Shown: piece by piece, positions 1-12,040 of the stretch
Numbering within the stretch: the stretch's first letter is position 1
Layout: each line of letters begins with the position of its first letter
Source: Anaeramoeba ignava BMAN
Taxonomy: Eukaryota; Protista; Anaeramoebae
Reading direction: 5' to 3'
DNA length: 64,000 nt
NCBI GenBank assembly: GCA_028826165.1
Contig: JAPDFW010000028.1
Location: 4,507 to 68,506, forward strand
Notes under the pieces: model-generated
The model's input: only the letters and a program-made list of their open reading frames with translations
Database searches by the model: none
What the model was told of the DNA's origin: nothing
Position numbers and translations under genes: made by a program

Positions 1-925
1 CATTGTTTCATGAGTTGAAATAAAATCAGTGTCTTTAAGATCATCAGTTAAATCCAACAAATCTTTAAGATTCAATAAAGTAAGTTTTTGTGATTTAAAT
101 TCTGGGGATTGAATCTTTTATTTTTAAATTAAATAAAAATAATTTAATTAATTTAAATTTCAAACTATAAAATTATTAATTTACTCGATAATCGTATTGA
201 AGCCAATTTATTGGTGGTTTGTTTATGTTTGTATTTTGAGGTAATTGAATAAAATTTAAGCTTCCAAATGTATCTCTTAAAATTTTTATTGTATTTTTAA
301 TTTGATTTTTTTCGTTTATTTTTTGATTTTGTAATTTTATATCTTCAAGGTTTGAATTATATATTTTTGCAATTTGATTTTTTGGTATTTCAATTAAGGA
401 TAATTGTTTCTTTTTCTTTTGATTTTCATTTTCAATTTGAAATTGATTTTTATTTTTATTTTCAATTTGAAATTGATTTTCATTTTGATTTTGATTTTGA
501 TTTTGATTTTGATTTTCAATTTGATTTTGATTTTCATTTTCATTTTCAATTTGATTTTCAATTTGATTTTCAATTTGATTTAAAGTTAAAATTTCATTTT
601 GATTTTCAATTTGATTTTCAATTTGATTTAAAGTTAAAATTTCATTTTGATTTTTATTTTGATTTTTATTTTGATTTTGAATTTGATTTTGATTTTGATT
701 TTGATTTTGATTTTGATTTTGATTTTGATTTTGATTTTGATTTTGATTTTGAATTTGATTTTGAATTTGATTTTGAATTTGATTTTGATTTTGATTTTGA
801 TTTTGATTTTGATTTTGATTTTGATTTTGATTTTGATCAGGTAAAAAAAGAAACCTTGAATTATCTGCTAAAATTTTATTATCAATTAAAAGTTTTGTAA
901 AATCAAGTGTTGCAATTGTTTTCAT
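1..925 (-). CDS. Unknown protein with long (NQ/NE)n low-complexity tract; 5' part of a gene running off the left edge
   Basis: ATG at 925. GT-AG intron 115-184 joins ...YDYR to IQSPEFKSQKLTLLNLKDLLDLTDDLKDTDFISTHETM in frame. No recognisable domain. Confidence 0.6.
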
Positions 926-994
926 TTATTAAAAAAAAATTTCTTTTTATTTTTTGAAATGAAAAAAAATGAAAAAAAATGAAAAATGAAAAAA

Positions 995-3900
995 TTAATT
1001 TTTTAAATCTTTTAAAATTAAATCAATAATTGAATTTTGATTTAATTGAAAATAATCTTTTAAATCATAAAATTCTTCTAAAATAATTTCTTTTTCTTTT
1101 TCTTTTTCAATGTTATTAAATTTATCATGATAAAGAAAATAAATAAATTGATTAATTGTTTCAAATGATTTTCTTGAATAATCATGAACTTGATTTGATG
1201 AATCTTGAATATTTAATTCAAACATTCCTTTAAATAATTCACTTCTAATTATTAATATTAATTTATGAATTTTAATTTCTTTTTCTTCAACAATAATTTT
1301 AAAATCTTTGGTTTCATTTTCTTTATATAATTTTGATAAATCATTTATTATTCCTTTTCTTCCTTTTTTAATTTCAATCCAATTTGGTTCAATTCCAATT
1401 TCTTTAATAAACTTTTGAATAATTTCTTTTTCATTTTCATTTTCATTTTCATTTTCATTTTCATTTTCATTTTCTTTTTCTTTTTCATTTTCATTTTCTT
1501 TTTCATTTTCATTTTCATTTTCATTTTCAATTTCATTTTCTTTTTCATTTTCTTTTTCATTTTGTTTTGAATTAAATTTTTCAATAAATTTATCAAAATT
1601 ATAAAATCCAGTATAAATAAAATTTAAAATAATTTCAATTTCTTTTTTTGGTTTTTGATAACAATTATTAATAAATTTTTGTAAAATCAATTCATTATTA
1701 TCAAATCTTGTTAATAATATTAATTTATGAACTTTAAATTTAAATAAATCATTTGATTGAATTATTAAATCTGAAAATTGATTATTTGATTTCAATAAAT
1801 TATTCATATCTTCATTAATTGAATAAATTTGTGAAAATAATTGAATAAATTGTTTTGTGATTTGTTTTTGTTTCAAATTATCAATATTCATATCATTCAT
1901 TAATAAAAAATTGATTATATTTTCATTTTGTTTTTTAATTGATATTGAAAGAATTGTTTCATCTTGATTTGTTTTTGAATTAATATCAGCACCTTTGGAA
2001 ATTAAATATTTAACAATTTGAATTGAATTGAATTTGCAAACTAAATGTAAAGCTGTTTCATTTTGATTATTTTTTGCATTAATATCAATTCCTTTGGAAA
2101 TTAAATATTCAATAACTTTTAATGAAGGATTATTTTGGCAAGCATAATGTAAAGCAGTTTCATTTCGATTTGTTTTTGAATTAATATCAATTCCTGATTC
2201 AATAAGAAATTTGATAATTTGAAAAGAATTGAATTGACAAGCAAAATGTAAAGCTGTTTCATTTTGATTATTTTTGATATTAATATCAGCACCTTTGGAA
2301 ACTAAATATTTAACATTTTGAATTGAATTTAATCTGGAAATTAAATTTAAAGCTGTTTCATTTTGATTTGTTTTTGCATTTATATCAATTCCTTTTTCAA
2401 TTAAATATTCAATAATTTCAAGTGATGAATTATTTTGACAAGCAAAATGTAAAACTGTTTCGTTTCGATTTGTTTTTTCATTTATATCAACACCTTTGGA
2501 AATTAAATATTCAATAACTCTAAGTGGAGGATTATTTTGGCAAACAAAATGTAAAACATTTTTGTTTTGATTTGTTTTTGCATTAATATCAATTCCTTTT
2601 TCAACTAAATATTGTATAACTTCAAGCGGTGAATTATATTGGCAAGCATTATGTAAGAGTGTTTGATTTGAATTTGTTTTTGCGTTAATATCAGAACCTT
2701 TTTCAATTAAATATTGAATAACTTCGAATGGAGAATGATTTCTCGAGGAATAAAGCAAAGCTGTTTGATTTTGATTATTTTTTGCATTAATATCAATTCC
2801 TTTGGAAATTAAATATTGAATAATTTCAAATGATGAATTATATTCACAAACGATGTGTAAAGCTGTTTGATTTCTATTTGTTTTTTCATTTATATCAATT
2901 CCTTTGGAAATTAAATATTCAATAATTTCAAGTGAATTGCTTCGACAAGCATAATGTAGAACTGTTTCATTTTGATTCGTTTTTGCATTAATATCAATTC
3001 CTTTGGAAACTAAATATTCAATAAGTTTAAGTGATGAATAATTTAGACAAACTAAATGTAGAACTGTTTCATCTTGATCTGTTTTTGCATTAATATCAGC
3101 ACCTTTGGAAATCAAATATTCAATAATTTCAAGTGATGAATTATTTCTACAGGCTGAATGTAAAACTGTTTTACCATAATTTGTTTTTGCATTAATATCA
3201 GCACCTTTGGAAATCAAATATTCAATAATTTCAATTGTTGGGTTATTTTGGCAAGTTAAATATAAAGCTGTTTCATTTTGATCTGTTTTTGCATTAATAT
3301 CAATTCCTTTGGAAATTAAATATTCAATAATTTCAAGTGATGGATTATTTCTACAAGCTGAATGTAAAATTGTTTCACTATAATCTGCTTTTGCATTAAT
3401 ATCAATTCCTTTTTCAACAAGATATTTGATAACTTGAATTGTATTATTTTGATTCTCAAAAAAATAATGTAAAATTGTTTCATTATAATCTGCTTTTGAA
3501 TTGATATGAATGCCTTTAGAAACCAAATATTCAATAACTTCAAGTGATGGATTGTTTTGGCAAGCATAATGTAAAACTGTTTCATTCCATTTGGTTTTTT
3601 CATGAATATCAACACCTTTGGAAATTAAATATTCAATAATTTCAATTGTTGGATTATTTTCACAAACCAAATGAATAAGTGTTTGATTCCATTTGGTTTT
3701 TTCATTAATATCAATTCCTTTGGAAATTAAATATTTAATAACTTTGAATGATGGATTATTTTGACAAGCTAATTGTAAAGTTGTTTCATTAGCTCTTGTA
3801 ATTGCATTTATATCAAGACCTTTGGAAATTAAATATTCAATAACTTTAAGTGTGTTTTCTTGGCATGCATAATGTAAAATTGTTTCATTCTCACTTGTAA

Positions 3901-4924
3901 TTGCATTTATATCAATTCCTTTGGAAATTAAATATTCAATAACTTCAAGTGAATTCTTTTTACATGCAGAATGTAAAATTGTTTCATTCCATATTGTTTT
4001 TGAATTAATATTAATTCCTTTAGATATTAAATATTCAATAACTTCAATTGAATTGTTATAACAAGCATAATGTAATATTGTTTCATTCCATTTGGTTTTT
4101 GAATTAATATTAATTCCTTTAGATATTAAATATTCAATAACTTCAAGTGAATTGCTTTTACATGCAGAATGTAAAATTGTTTTATGTTGATTTGTTTTTG
4201 AATTAATATTAATTCCTTTGGAAATTAAATATTCAATAACTTGAATTGAATTGCTTTTAGATGCATAATGTAATACTGTTTTATTTTGTTTTGTTTTTTC
4301 ATTTATATTATTAATTCCTTTGGAAATTAAATATTCAATAACTTCAATTGAATTATTTTGACATGCAAAATGTAAAACTGTTTTATTTTCATTTGCTTTT
4401 TCATTTATATTATTATTTCCTTTAGAAAGTAAATATTCAATAATTTTAATTGAATTATATTCACATGCATAATGTAATATTGTTTTATTTCTGTTTGTCT
4501 TTTCATTTATATTATTAATTTTATTGGAAATTAAATATTCAATAATTTCAATTAATTCTTTTTCATTTTTTAAATATTTTATTAAATAATGAATAATTGT
4601 TTTTCCTTTTTTATCTTTTGAATTAATATCAATTCCTTTTGTAATTAATAATTTAATTATTTCAATTTTTGATTGATTTATAATTGAAATTTGTAATAAA
4701 TTTCTTCCTTTTTTATCTTTAAAATTAATATCATTATCATTATCATCATTATTAAATAATTTTGTTATTAAATATTCAATTATTTCTTTGGAAACTTTTT
4801 GTTTTATTGAATATTTTATTATTTTCTTTTTATTTTTTTCTTCATTAATAATTTCTTTTATTATTTCTTTAATTTTTTCAATTTCATTTTCTTTTATAAT
4901 TTTATAAATTTTATTTTTATTCAT
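995..4924 (-). CDS. Intronless ankyrin-repeat protein (more than 25 repeats) with C-terminal tandem BTB/POZ-like domains
   Basis: 1309-aa ORF with 33-34 aa repeats (INxKTxxNETxLHxACxxNxxLEIIEYLISKG), then FSDLII...FKVHKLILLTRF and TKDFKIIVEEKEIKIHKLILIIRSELFKGMF. Confidence 0.93.
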   Translation of the reverse strand: MNKNKIYKIIKENEIEKIKEIIKEIINEEKNKKKIIKYSIKQKVSKEIIEYLITKLFNNDDNDNDINFKDKKGRNLLQISIINQSKIEIIKLLITKGIDINSKDKKGKTIIHYLIKYLKNEKELIEIIEYLISNKINNINEKTNRNKTILHYACEYNSIKIIEYLLSKGNNNINEKANENKTVLHFACQNNSIEVIEYLISKGINNINEKTKQNKTVLHYASKSNSIQVIEYLISKGININSKTNQHKTILHSACKSNSLEVIEYLISKGININSKTKWNETILHYACYNNSIEVIEYLISKGININSKTIWNETILHSACKKNSLEVIEYLISKGIDINAITSENETILHYACQENTLKVIEYLISKGLDINAITRANETTLQLACQNNPSFKVIKYLISKGIDINEKTKWNQTLIHLVCENNPTIEIIEYLISKGVDIHEKTKWNETVLHYACQNNPSLEVIEYLVSKGIHINSKADYNETILHYFFENQNNTIQVIKYLVEKGIDINAKADYSETILHSACRNNPSLEIIEYLISKGIDINAKTDQNETALYLTCQNNPTIEIIEYLISKGADINAKTNYGKTVLHSACRNNSSLEIIEYLISKGADINAKTDQDETVLHLVCLNYSSLKLIEYLVSKGIDINAKTNQNETVLHYACRSNSLEIIEYLISKGIDINEKTNRNQTALHIVCEYNSSFEIIQYLISKGIDINAKNNQNQTALLYSSRNHSPFEVIQYLIEKGSDINAKTNSNQTLLHNACQYNSPLEVIQYLVEKGIDINAKTNQNKNVLHFVCQNNPPLRVIEYLISKGVDINEKTNRNETVLHFACQNNSSLEIIEYLIEKGIDINAKTNQNETALNLISRLNSIQNVKYLVSKGADINIKNNQNETALHFACQFNSFQIIKFLIESGIDINSKTNRNETALHYACQNNPSLKVIEYLISKGIDINAKNNQNETALHLVCKFNSIQIVKYLISKGADINSKTNQDETILSISIKKQNENIINFLLMNDMNIDNLKQKQITKQFIQLFSQIYSINEDMNNLLKSNNQFSDLIIQSNDLFKFKVHKLILLTRFDNNELILQKFINNCYQKPKKEIEIILNFIYTGFYNFDKFIEKFNSKQNEKENEKENEIENENENENEKENENEKEKENENENENENENENEKEIIQKFIKEIGIEPNWIEIKKGRKGIINDLSKLYKENETKDFKIIVEEKEIKIHKLILIIRSELFKGMFELNIQDSSNQVHDYSRKSFETINQFIYFLYHDKFNNIEKEKEKEIILEEFYDLKDYFQLNQNSIIDLILKDLKN

Positions 4925-4988
4925 TTTATTTTTTTTTATTTTTATTTTTTGAAATGAAAAAAAATGAAAAAAAATGAAAAATGAAAAA

Positions 4989-7900
4989 TTAATTTTTTAA
5001 ATCTTTTAAAATTAAATCAATAATTGAATTTTGATTTAATTGAAAATAATCTTTTAAATCATAAAATTCTTCTAAAATAATTTCTTTTTCTTTTTCAATA
5101 TTATTAAATTTATCATGATAAAGAAAATAAATAAATTGATTAATTGTTTCAAATGATTTTCTTGAATAATCATGAACTTGATTTGATGAATCTTGAATAT
5201 TTAATTCAAACATTCCTTTAAATAATTCACTTCTTAATTATTAATATTAATTTATGAATTTTAATTTCTTTTTCTTCAACAATAATTTTAAAATCTTTGG
5301 TTTCATTTTCTTTATATAATTTTGATAAATCATTTATTATTCCTTTTCTTCCTTTTTTAATTTCAATCCAATTTGGTTCAATTCCAATTTCTTTAATAAA
5401 CTTTTGAATAATTTCTTTTTCATTTTCATTTTCATTTTCATTTTCATTTTCATTTTCTTTTTCAATTTCATTTTCTTTTTCATTTTCTTTTTCATTTTGT
5501 TTTGAATTAAATTTTTCAATAAATTTATCAAAATTATAAAATCCAGTATAAATAAAATTTAAAATAATTTCAATTTCTTTTTTTGGTTTTTGATAACAAT
5601 TATTAATAAATTTTTGTAAAATCAATTCATTATTATCAAATCTTGTTAATAATATTAATTTATGAACTTTAAATTTAAATAAATCATTTGATTGAATTAT
5701 TAAATCTGAAAATTGATTATTTGATTTTAATAAATTATTCATATCTTCATTAATTGAATAAATTTGTGAAAATAATTCAATAAATTGTTTTGTGATTTGT
5801 TTTTTTTTTAAATTATCAATATTCATATCATTCATTAATAAAAAATTGATTATATTTTCATTTTGTTTTTTAATTGATATTGAAAGAATTGTTTCATCTT
5901 GATTTGTTTTTGAATTAATATCAGCACCTTTGGAAATTAAATATTTAACAATTTGAATTGAATTGAATTTGCAAACTAAATGTAAAGCTGTTTCATTTTG
6001 ATTATTTTTTGCATTAATATCAATTCCTTTGGAAATTAAATATTCAATAACTTTTAATGAAGGATTATTTTGACAAGCAATATGTAAAGCAGTTTCATTT
6101 TGATTTGTTTTTGAATTAATATCAATTCCTGATTCAATAAGAAATTTGATAATTTGAAAAGAATTGAATTGACAAGCAAAATGTAAAGCAGTTTTATTTT
6201 GATTATTTTTGATATTAATATCAGCACCTTTGGAAACTAAATATTTAACATTTTGAATTGAATTTAATCTGGAAATTAAATGTAAAGCTGTTTCATTTTG
6301 ATTTGTTTTTGCATTTATATCAATTCCTTTTTCAATTAAATATTCAATAATTTCAAGTGATGAATTATTTTGACAAGCAAAATGTAAAACTGTTTCGTTT
6401 CGATTTGTTTTTTCATTTATATCAACACCTTTGGAAATTAAATATTCAATAATTCTAAGTGGAGGATTATTTTGGCAAACAAAATGTAAAACATTTTTGT
6501 TTTGATTTGTTTTTGCATTAATATCAATTCCTTTTTCAATTAAATATTGTATAACTTCAAGCGGTGAATTATATTGGCAAGCATTATGTAAGAGTGTTTG
6601 ATTTGAATTTGTTTTTGCGTTAATATCAGAACCTTTTTCAATTAAATATTGAATAATTTCAAATGGTTTATTTCTGCAAGCAAAATGTAAAGCAGTTTCA
6701 TTTTGATTTGTTTTTTCATTTATATCAATTCCTTTGGATATTAAATATTCAATAATTTCAAATGATGGGCTATTTTGGCAAGCTAAATGTAAAACTGTTT
6801 CATTGTAATTCGTTTTTTCATTTATATCAATTCCTTTGGAAATTAAATATTCAATAACTTCAAGTGAATTATATTGGCAAGCATAATGTAGAACTGTTTC
6901 ATTTCCATTTGTTTTTGAATTAATATCAACACCTTTAGAAACTAAATATTCAATTATTTCAAGTGATGAATTATATCTACAAGCTGTATGTAAAACTGTT
7001 TCGTTTTGATTTGTTTTTGAATTAATATCAGCACCTTTAGAAACTAAATATTCAATAACTTCAATTGTTGGATTATTTCGACAAGCTGTATGTAAAACTG
7101 TTTCATTATAATTCGTTTTTGAATGAATATCAGCACCTTTAGATATTAAATATTCATTAACTTCAAGTGAGCTGGATTCACAAGTTAAAAGTAAAGGTGT
7201 TTCATTATAATTTGTTTTTGCATTAATATCAATTCCTTTGGAAATTAAATATTCAATAATTTCAAGTGATGGATTGCTTCTACAAATTGAATGTAAAATT
7301 GTTTCATTTTGATCTGTTTTTGCATTAATATCAATTCCTTTTTCAACAAGATATTTGATAACTTGAATTGTATTATTTTGATTCTCAAAAACATAATGTA
7401 AAATTGTTTCATTATAATCTGTTTCTGAATTAATATAAATGCCTTTGGAAATCAAATATTCAATAACTTCAAGTGATGGATTGTATTGGCAAGCAATATG
7501 TAAAACTGTTTCATTCCATTTGGTTTTTTCATGAATATCAACACCTTTGGAAATTAAATATTCAATAATTTCAATTGTTGGATTATTTTCACAAACCAAA
7601 TGAATAAGTGTTTGATTCCATTTATTTTTTTCATAAATATCAATTCCTTTGGAAATTAAATATTCAATAACTTTGAATGATGGATTATTTTGACAAGCTA
7701 ATTGTAAAGTTGTTTCATTATCATTTGTAATTGCATGAATATCAAGACCTTTGGAAATTAAATATTCAATAACTTTAAGTGAGTTTTTTTGGCATGCATA
7801 ATGTAAAATTGTTTGATTCCATTTATTTTTTTCATGAATATTAATTCCTTTGGAAATTAAATATTCAATAACTTCAAGTGAATTCTTTTTACATGCAGAA

Positions 7901-8847
7901 TGTAAAATTGTTTCATTCCATATTGTTTTTGAATTAATATCAAGATTTTTGGAAATTAAATATTCAATAACTTCAATTGAATTGTTATAACAAGCATAAT
8001 GTAATATTGTTTCATTCCATTTGGTTTTTGAATTAATATTAATTCCTTTAGATATTAAATATTCAATAACTTCAATTGAATTGCTTTTACATGCAGAATG
8101 TAAAATTGTTTTATATTGATTTGCTTTTGAATTAATATTAATTCCTTTGGAAATTAAATATTCAATAACTTGAATTGAATTGCTTTTAGATGCATAATGT
8201 AATACTGTTTTATTTTGTTTTGTTTTTTCATTTATATTATTAATTCCTTTGGAAATTAAATATTCGATAACTTCGATTGAATTATTTTGACATGCAAAAT
8301 GTAAAACTGTTTTATTTTCATTTGTTTTTTCATTTATATTATTATTTCCTTTAGAAAGTAAATATTCAATAATTTTAATTGAATTATATTCACATGCATA
8401 ATGTAATATTGTTTTATTTCTGTTTGTCTTTTCATTTATATTATTAATTTTATTGGAAATTAAATATTCAATAATTTCAATTAATTCTTTTTCATTTTTT
8501 AAATATTTTATTAAATAATGAATAATTGTTTTTCCTTTTTTATCTTTTGAATTAATATCAATTCCTTTTGTAATTAATAATTTAATTATTTCAATTTTTG
8601 ATTGATTTATAATTGAAATTTGTAATAAATTTCTTCCTTTTTTATCTTTAAAATTAATATCATTATCATCATTATTAAATAATTTTGTTATTAAATATTC
8701 AATTATTTCTTTGGAAACTTTTTGTTTTATTGAATATTTTATTATTTTCTTTTTATCTTTTTCTTCATTAATAATTTCTTTTATAATTTCTTTAATTTTT
8801 TCAATTTCATTTTCTTTTATAATTTTATAAATTTTATTTTTATTCAT
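4989..8847 (-). CDS. Tandem paralogue of the ankyrin-BTB-BTB gene, with a +1 frameshift in the second BTB (pseudogene or sequencing error)
   Basis: ORFs 5227-8847 and 4989-5213 together match the 995-4924 protein. On the + strand 'acttcttaatt' at ~5229-5239 replaces 'acttctaatt' of copy 1 (one extra T). Confidence 0.88.
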
Positions 8848-8942
8848 TTTATTTATTTTTATTTTATTTTTTGAAATGAAAAAAAATGAAAAAAAATTTT
8901 TTAATTTTTCATTTTTTCATTTTTTCTGAATAAGTTTTTTCC
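8848..8942. promoter_or_regulatory. 95-bp bidirectional promoter with mirrored TTTTCATTTT (Inr-like) arrays
   Basis: Divergent ATGs at 8847 and 8943; (aaaatgaaaa) copies face the ankyrin gene and (ttttcatttt) copies face GrpE. Confidence 0.6.
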
Positions 8943-9737
8943 ATGTCATTAATTTCTTTAATAAATAAACAATCTTTTTCTCTTTCAAAATCATTTAATT
9001 CTTCATTATTTCAAAATAAAAATACATTTAATTTTATTTTTGTAAGAAAAAAAAATTTAAATTAAAAAAAAATTTTTTCGAAATTAAAAAAAATTAAAAA
9101 ATCAAAAAAGAAAAAAATACCTAAATTTAGATTATTTAGTCAAAACATAACAAATGATTCAAAAGAAAATGAATCAAATGATTCAAAAGAAAAAGAATCA
9201 AATGATTCAAAAGAAAAAGAATCAAATGATTTAAAAGAAAATATTGAAAAATTAAAAGAAGAAAAAGAAAAGTTATCAAAAGAATTAACAGAAACAAAAA
9301 ACAATTATTTAAGAAGTATTGCAGATATGGATAATTTCAGAAAACAAACAGAAAACCAAATCAATTTAATAAAACAATATTCAATTCAAAATTTCGCAAT
9401 TAAAATTTTTGAAGTTGCTGATAATTTGGATCGAACGTTAGAAAATTTTCCAGAAGAAAAAGTGAAAGAAATTTCTGAAAAAACACAAGAATTTAAAGTG
9501 TTATTTGATGGGGTTGAAATGACAAGAAAAGAACTAACAAAAGTATTTGAAAAATTCAATATTTTTAAAATTCCAACGAAAAAAGGTGATTTATTTGACC
9601 CAATTATTCATAACGCAGTATTTCAAGTTTCAGATGATAATTTACAACCAGGAACAATAGCAATTATTATTAAATCAGGATATAAACTTAGAGAAAGAGT
9701 TATTAGAGCAACTGATGTTGGAGTAGTTAAAAAATAA
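8943..9737 (+). CDS. mge1: GrpE/Mge1 nucleotide exchange factor with putative mitochondrial/hydrogenosomal presequence
   Basis: LLRSIADMDNFRKQ...FEVADNLDR...FDPIIHNAV...GYKLRERVIRATDVGV is the GrpE signature. An upstream exon 8943-9041 (MSLISLINKQSFSLSKSF..., no acidic residues) is followed by an intron at ~9042-9130 whose phase does not close cleanly. Confidence 0.88.
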
Positions 9738-9824
9738 ATAGAAAAAATTAAAAAGATTATTTTTTTTTTTAAAATTTTTTCAATTCATTTTTTTCATTTT
9801 CATTTTCATTTTCTTTTTAAAAAA

Positions 9825-11357
9825 ATGGAAAAAGAATTTTCAAATACAAATAAATTAGTTACAAATTTAAAACAATTATTAGACTCAAAATATTTATCAG
9901 ATTTTGTTATTTTTATACATGAAAATACAATTGAAAATAAAAAAACTCAATTTAATTGTCACAAATCAATACTTTCAATTAGAAGTGAATATTTTAAAGG
10001 ACTTTTAGAATCAAAAATGAAAGAATCACAAACAGGAATAGCAAATTTTTATGGAATCACACCAAATTTTTTTGAAGATATTTTGAATTATATTTACACT
10101 GGAAAAATTACTTTAAATCAAGAAAATACAATTTCAATCATGATTTTTGCTTCTAAATATTTATTTCCAGAATTGACTAAATATTGTGAAGAATATCTTA
10201 TTGAAAAAGTCTCTATTGATACCGTTGCTTCTATTTTGGATATTGCTTTCCAATATAAAATCTTGAATCTTCATGATTTTTGTCTTAAATTCGCAATTTC
10301 AAATTTTTATCAATTAGTTCAATCAGGATATTTTTATCAATTATCTGGTTATCACTTGCAAAAAATACTTGAAAATGATGAGCTGATATTTGATAGTGAA
10401 ATTGATTTGTTCCATAATTTGATCAAATGGGGAAATCATAATATTAAATTGTATGGAGATGGAGATAATCTTGAAAAAAAAGAAACACATTCAAAACTTA
10501 AATCATTTGTTAAATTATTTAAAAAGATTCGTTTTTGTGATTTTGATATTAAGGATATTGAAAAAATAAGTAGTTTAAATATCATCAACAAGAAAATGAT
10601 GAGTGATATTGATTTGTATTTCAAAATTCGAGAAAAATTAAATAATGATAGAAATATTGGGAAGAAAGAAAGAATTGAATATCAAAAGCAACATGAAGAA
10701 CTTACGAAAAGAGCTCAAGATAAAAAATGGAAAATATTTTGTTCAAGATCAAGACTTAAATATAAAGACACATTGATTACACCTGAATATTTATCATGTT
10801 TCAAGAAATGGATAGGAAATGAAGTTTTCTTAAGTAATCTTGTTTTAGGTTATTCTGCGCAAAGAGATGGATTTTCATCTTTTAAATTCCATCAAAAATG
10901 TGATAATAAAGGAGAAACTATTGTGATTATTAAAACAAAGAAAGGTTTTATTTTTGGTGGTTATACAAAAGTTGGATTTTCAACTAATAAAAAATTATGG
11001 ATTAATGATTATGTAGATTACAGTTCAATTGAAGATCCAAATGCTTTTTTATTTCAATTAGCAAATATTAATGGATCATCTTTTTGGAAATTTCCTATTC
11101 AAATTGATAAATTTCAATTTGCTGTTTATTATAATCCTAATTTAGGACCTTCTTTTGGAAATATTTCTAAAAGAGATTTTCAAGTTGAAAAAGATATGAA
11201 AACTGGATGGTGTCATTTTGGAATTAATTATCAAGTTCCAAAAGATTTAGGTATTGATTTAGATATTGATTTAGATGGAAATTTTAATTATTTTTTAGCA
11301 GGTGAAATACATTTTAAAATTGAAGAAGTGCAAGTATTTTATTTAAAAGATAATTAA
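9825..11357 (+). CDS. BTB-BACK-TLDc domain protein
   Basis: SDFVIF...FNCHKSILSIRSEYFKGLL (BTB), SEIDLFHNLIKW (BACK), YSAQRDGFSSFKFHQKCDNKGETIVIIKTKKGFIFGGYT...GPSFG (TLDc). Confidence 0.9.
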   Translation: MEKEFSNTNKLVTNLKQLLDSKYLSDFVIFIHENTIENKKTQFNCHKSILSIRSEYFKGLLESKMKESQTGIANFYGITPNFFEDILNYIYTGKITLNQENTISIMIFASKYLFPELTKYCEEYLIEKVSIDTVASILDIAFQYKILNLHDFCLKFAISNFYQLVQSGYFYQLSGYHLQKILENDELIFDSEIDLFHNLIKWGNHNIKLYGDGDNLEKKETHSKLKSFVKLFKKIRFCDFDIKDIEKISSLNIINKKMMSDIDLYFKIREKLNNDRNIGKKERIEYQKQHEELTKRAQDKKWKIFCSRSRLKYKDTLITPEYLSCFKKWIGNEVFLSNLVLGYSAQRDGFSSFKFHQKCDNKGETIVIIKTKKGFIFGGYTKVGFSTNKKLWINDYVDYSSIEDPNAFLFQLANINGSSFWKFPIQIDKFQFAVYYNPNLGPSFGNISKRDFQVEKDMKTGWCHFGINYQVPKDLGIDLDIDLDGNFNYFLAGEIHFKIEEVQVFYLKDN

Positions 11358-11366
11358 ATCCAAAAC

Positions 11367-11367
<1 letters not shown>

Positions 11368-11422
<55 letters not shown>

Positions 11423-11900
11423 AAAAAAAAGAAAGAAAGAAAGAAAGAAAGAAAGAATGAATGAATGAATGAATGAAATAATTAATTCAAAAGAATAATC
11501 AAAATATGAAATAATCAATTTAATCCAAAAGAATAATCAAAATATGAAATAATTAATTTAATCCAAAACATGAAAGAATGAATTTATTAATTTAATTCAA
11601 AAGAATAATCAAAATATGAAATAACTAATTTAATCCAAAAGAATAATCAAAATATGAAATAATCAATTCAAAAGAATAATCAAAAAATTCAATTTAATTC
11701 AAAACATGAAAGAATGAAATACTAATTCAAAGAATAATCAAAATATGAAATGAATGAATTCAAAACATGAAAGAATGAATTTATTAATTTAATTCAAAAG
11801 AATAATTTTGAAATAATTTTTTAATCCAAAAGAATAATTAATTTAATCCAAATCATGAAAGAATGAAATAACCAATTTAATCCAAAATAAGAAAAGAAAT
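11368..11900. repeat. (GAAA)n/(GAAT)n microsatellite followed by a degenerate ~35-40 bp minisatellite
   Basis: gaaa/gaat runs at 11368-11476, then recurring 'caaaagaataatcaaaatatgaaataa'. Confidence 0.85.
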
Positions 11901-12040
11901 ACTCAAAGAAAATAATGAATGAAAATGTTTGTTTTTGTTTTTGTTTTTGTTTTTTTTATTCTCAAATTCAATTAAAATTTTTTTCATTTTTCATTTTTTC
12001 ATTTTTCATTTTTCATTTTTCATTTTTCATTTTTTATAAA

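Noticed and set aside
352-900. ORFs of (FD)n, (IL)n, (FN)n, (KM)n and (YKFN)n throughout the track (e.g. 352-900, 647-844, 22813-23010, 31060-31419, 43359-43706, 49127-49807, 52711-53706)
   Set aside because: Shadow frames of microsatellites that happen to lack stops; antisense or intronic to real genes.
11915-12040. N-terminal extensions in the ORF track (also 54987-55100, 35496-35558, 42046-42072)
   Set aside because: These are T-rich promoter/Inr arrays read through in frame; better ATGs lie downstream.
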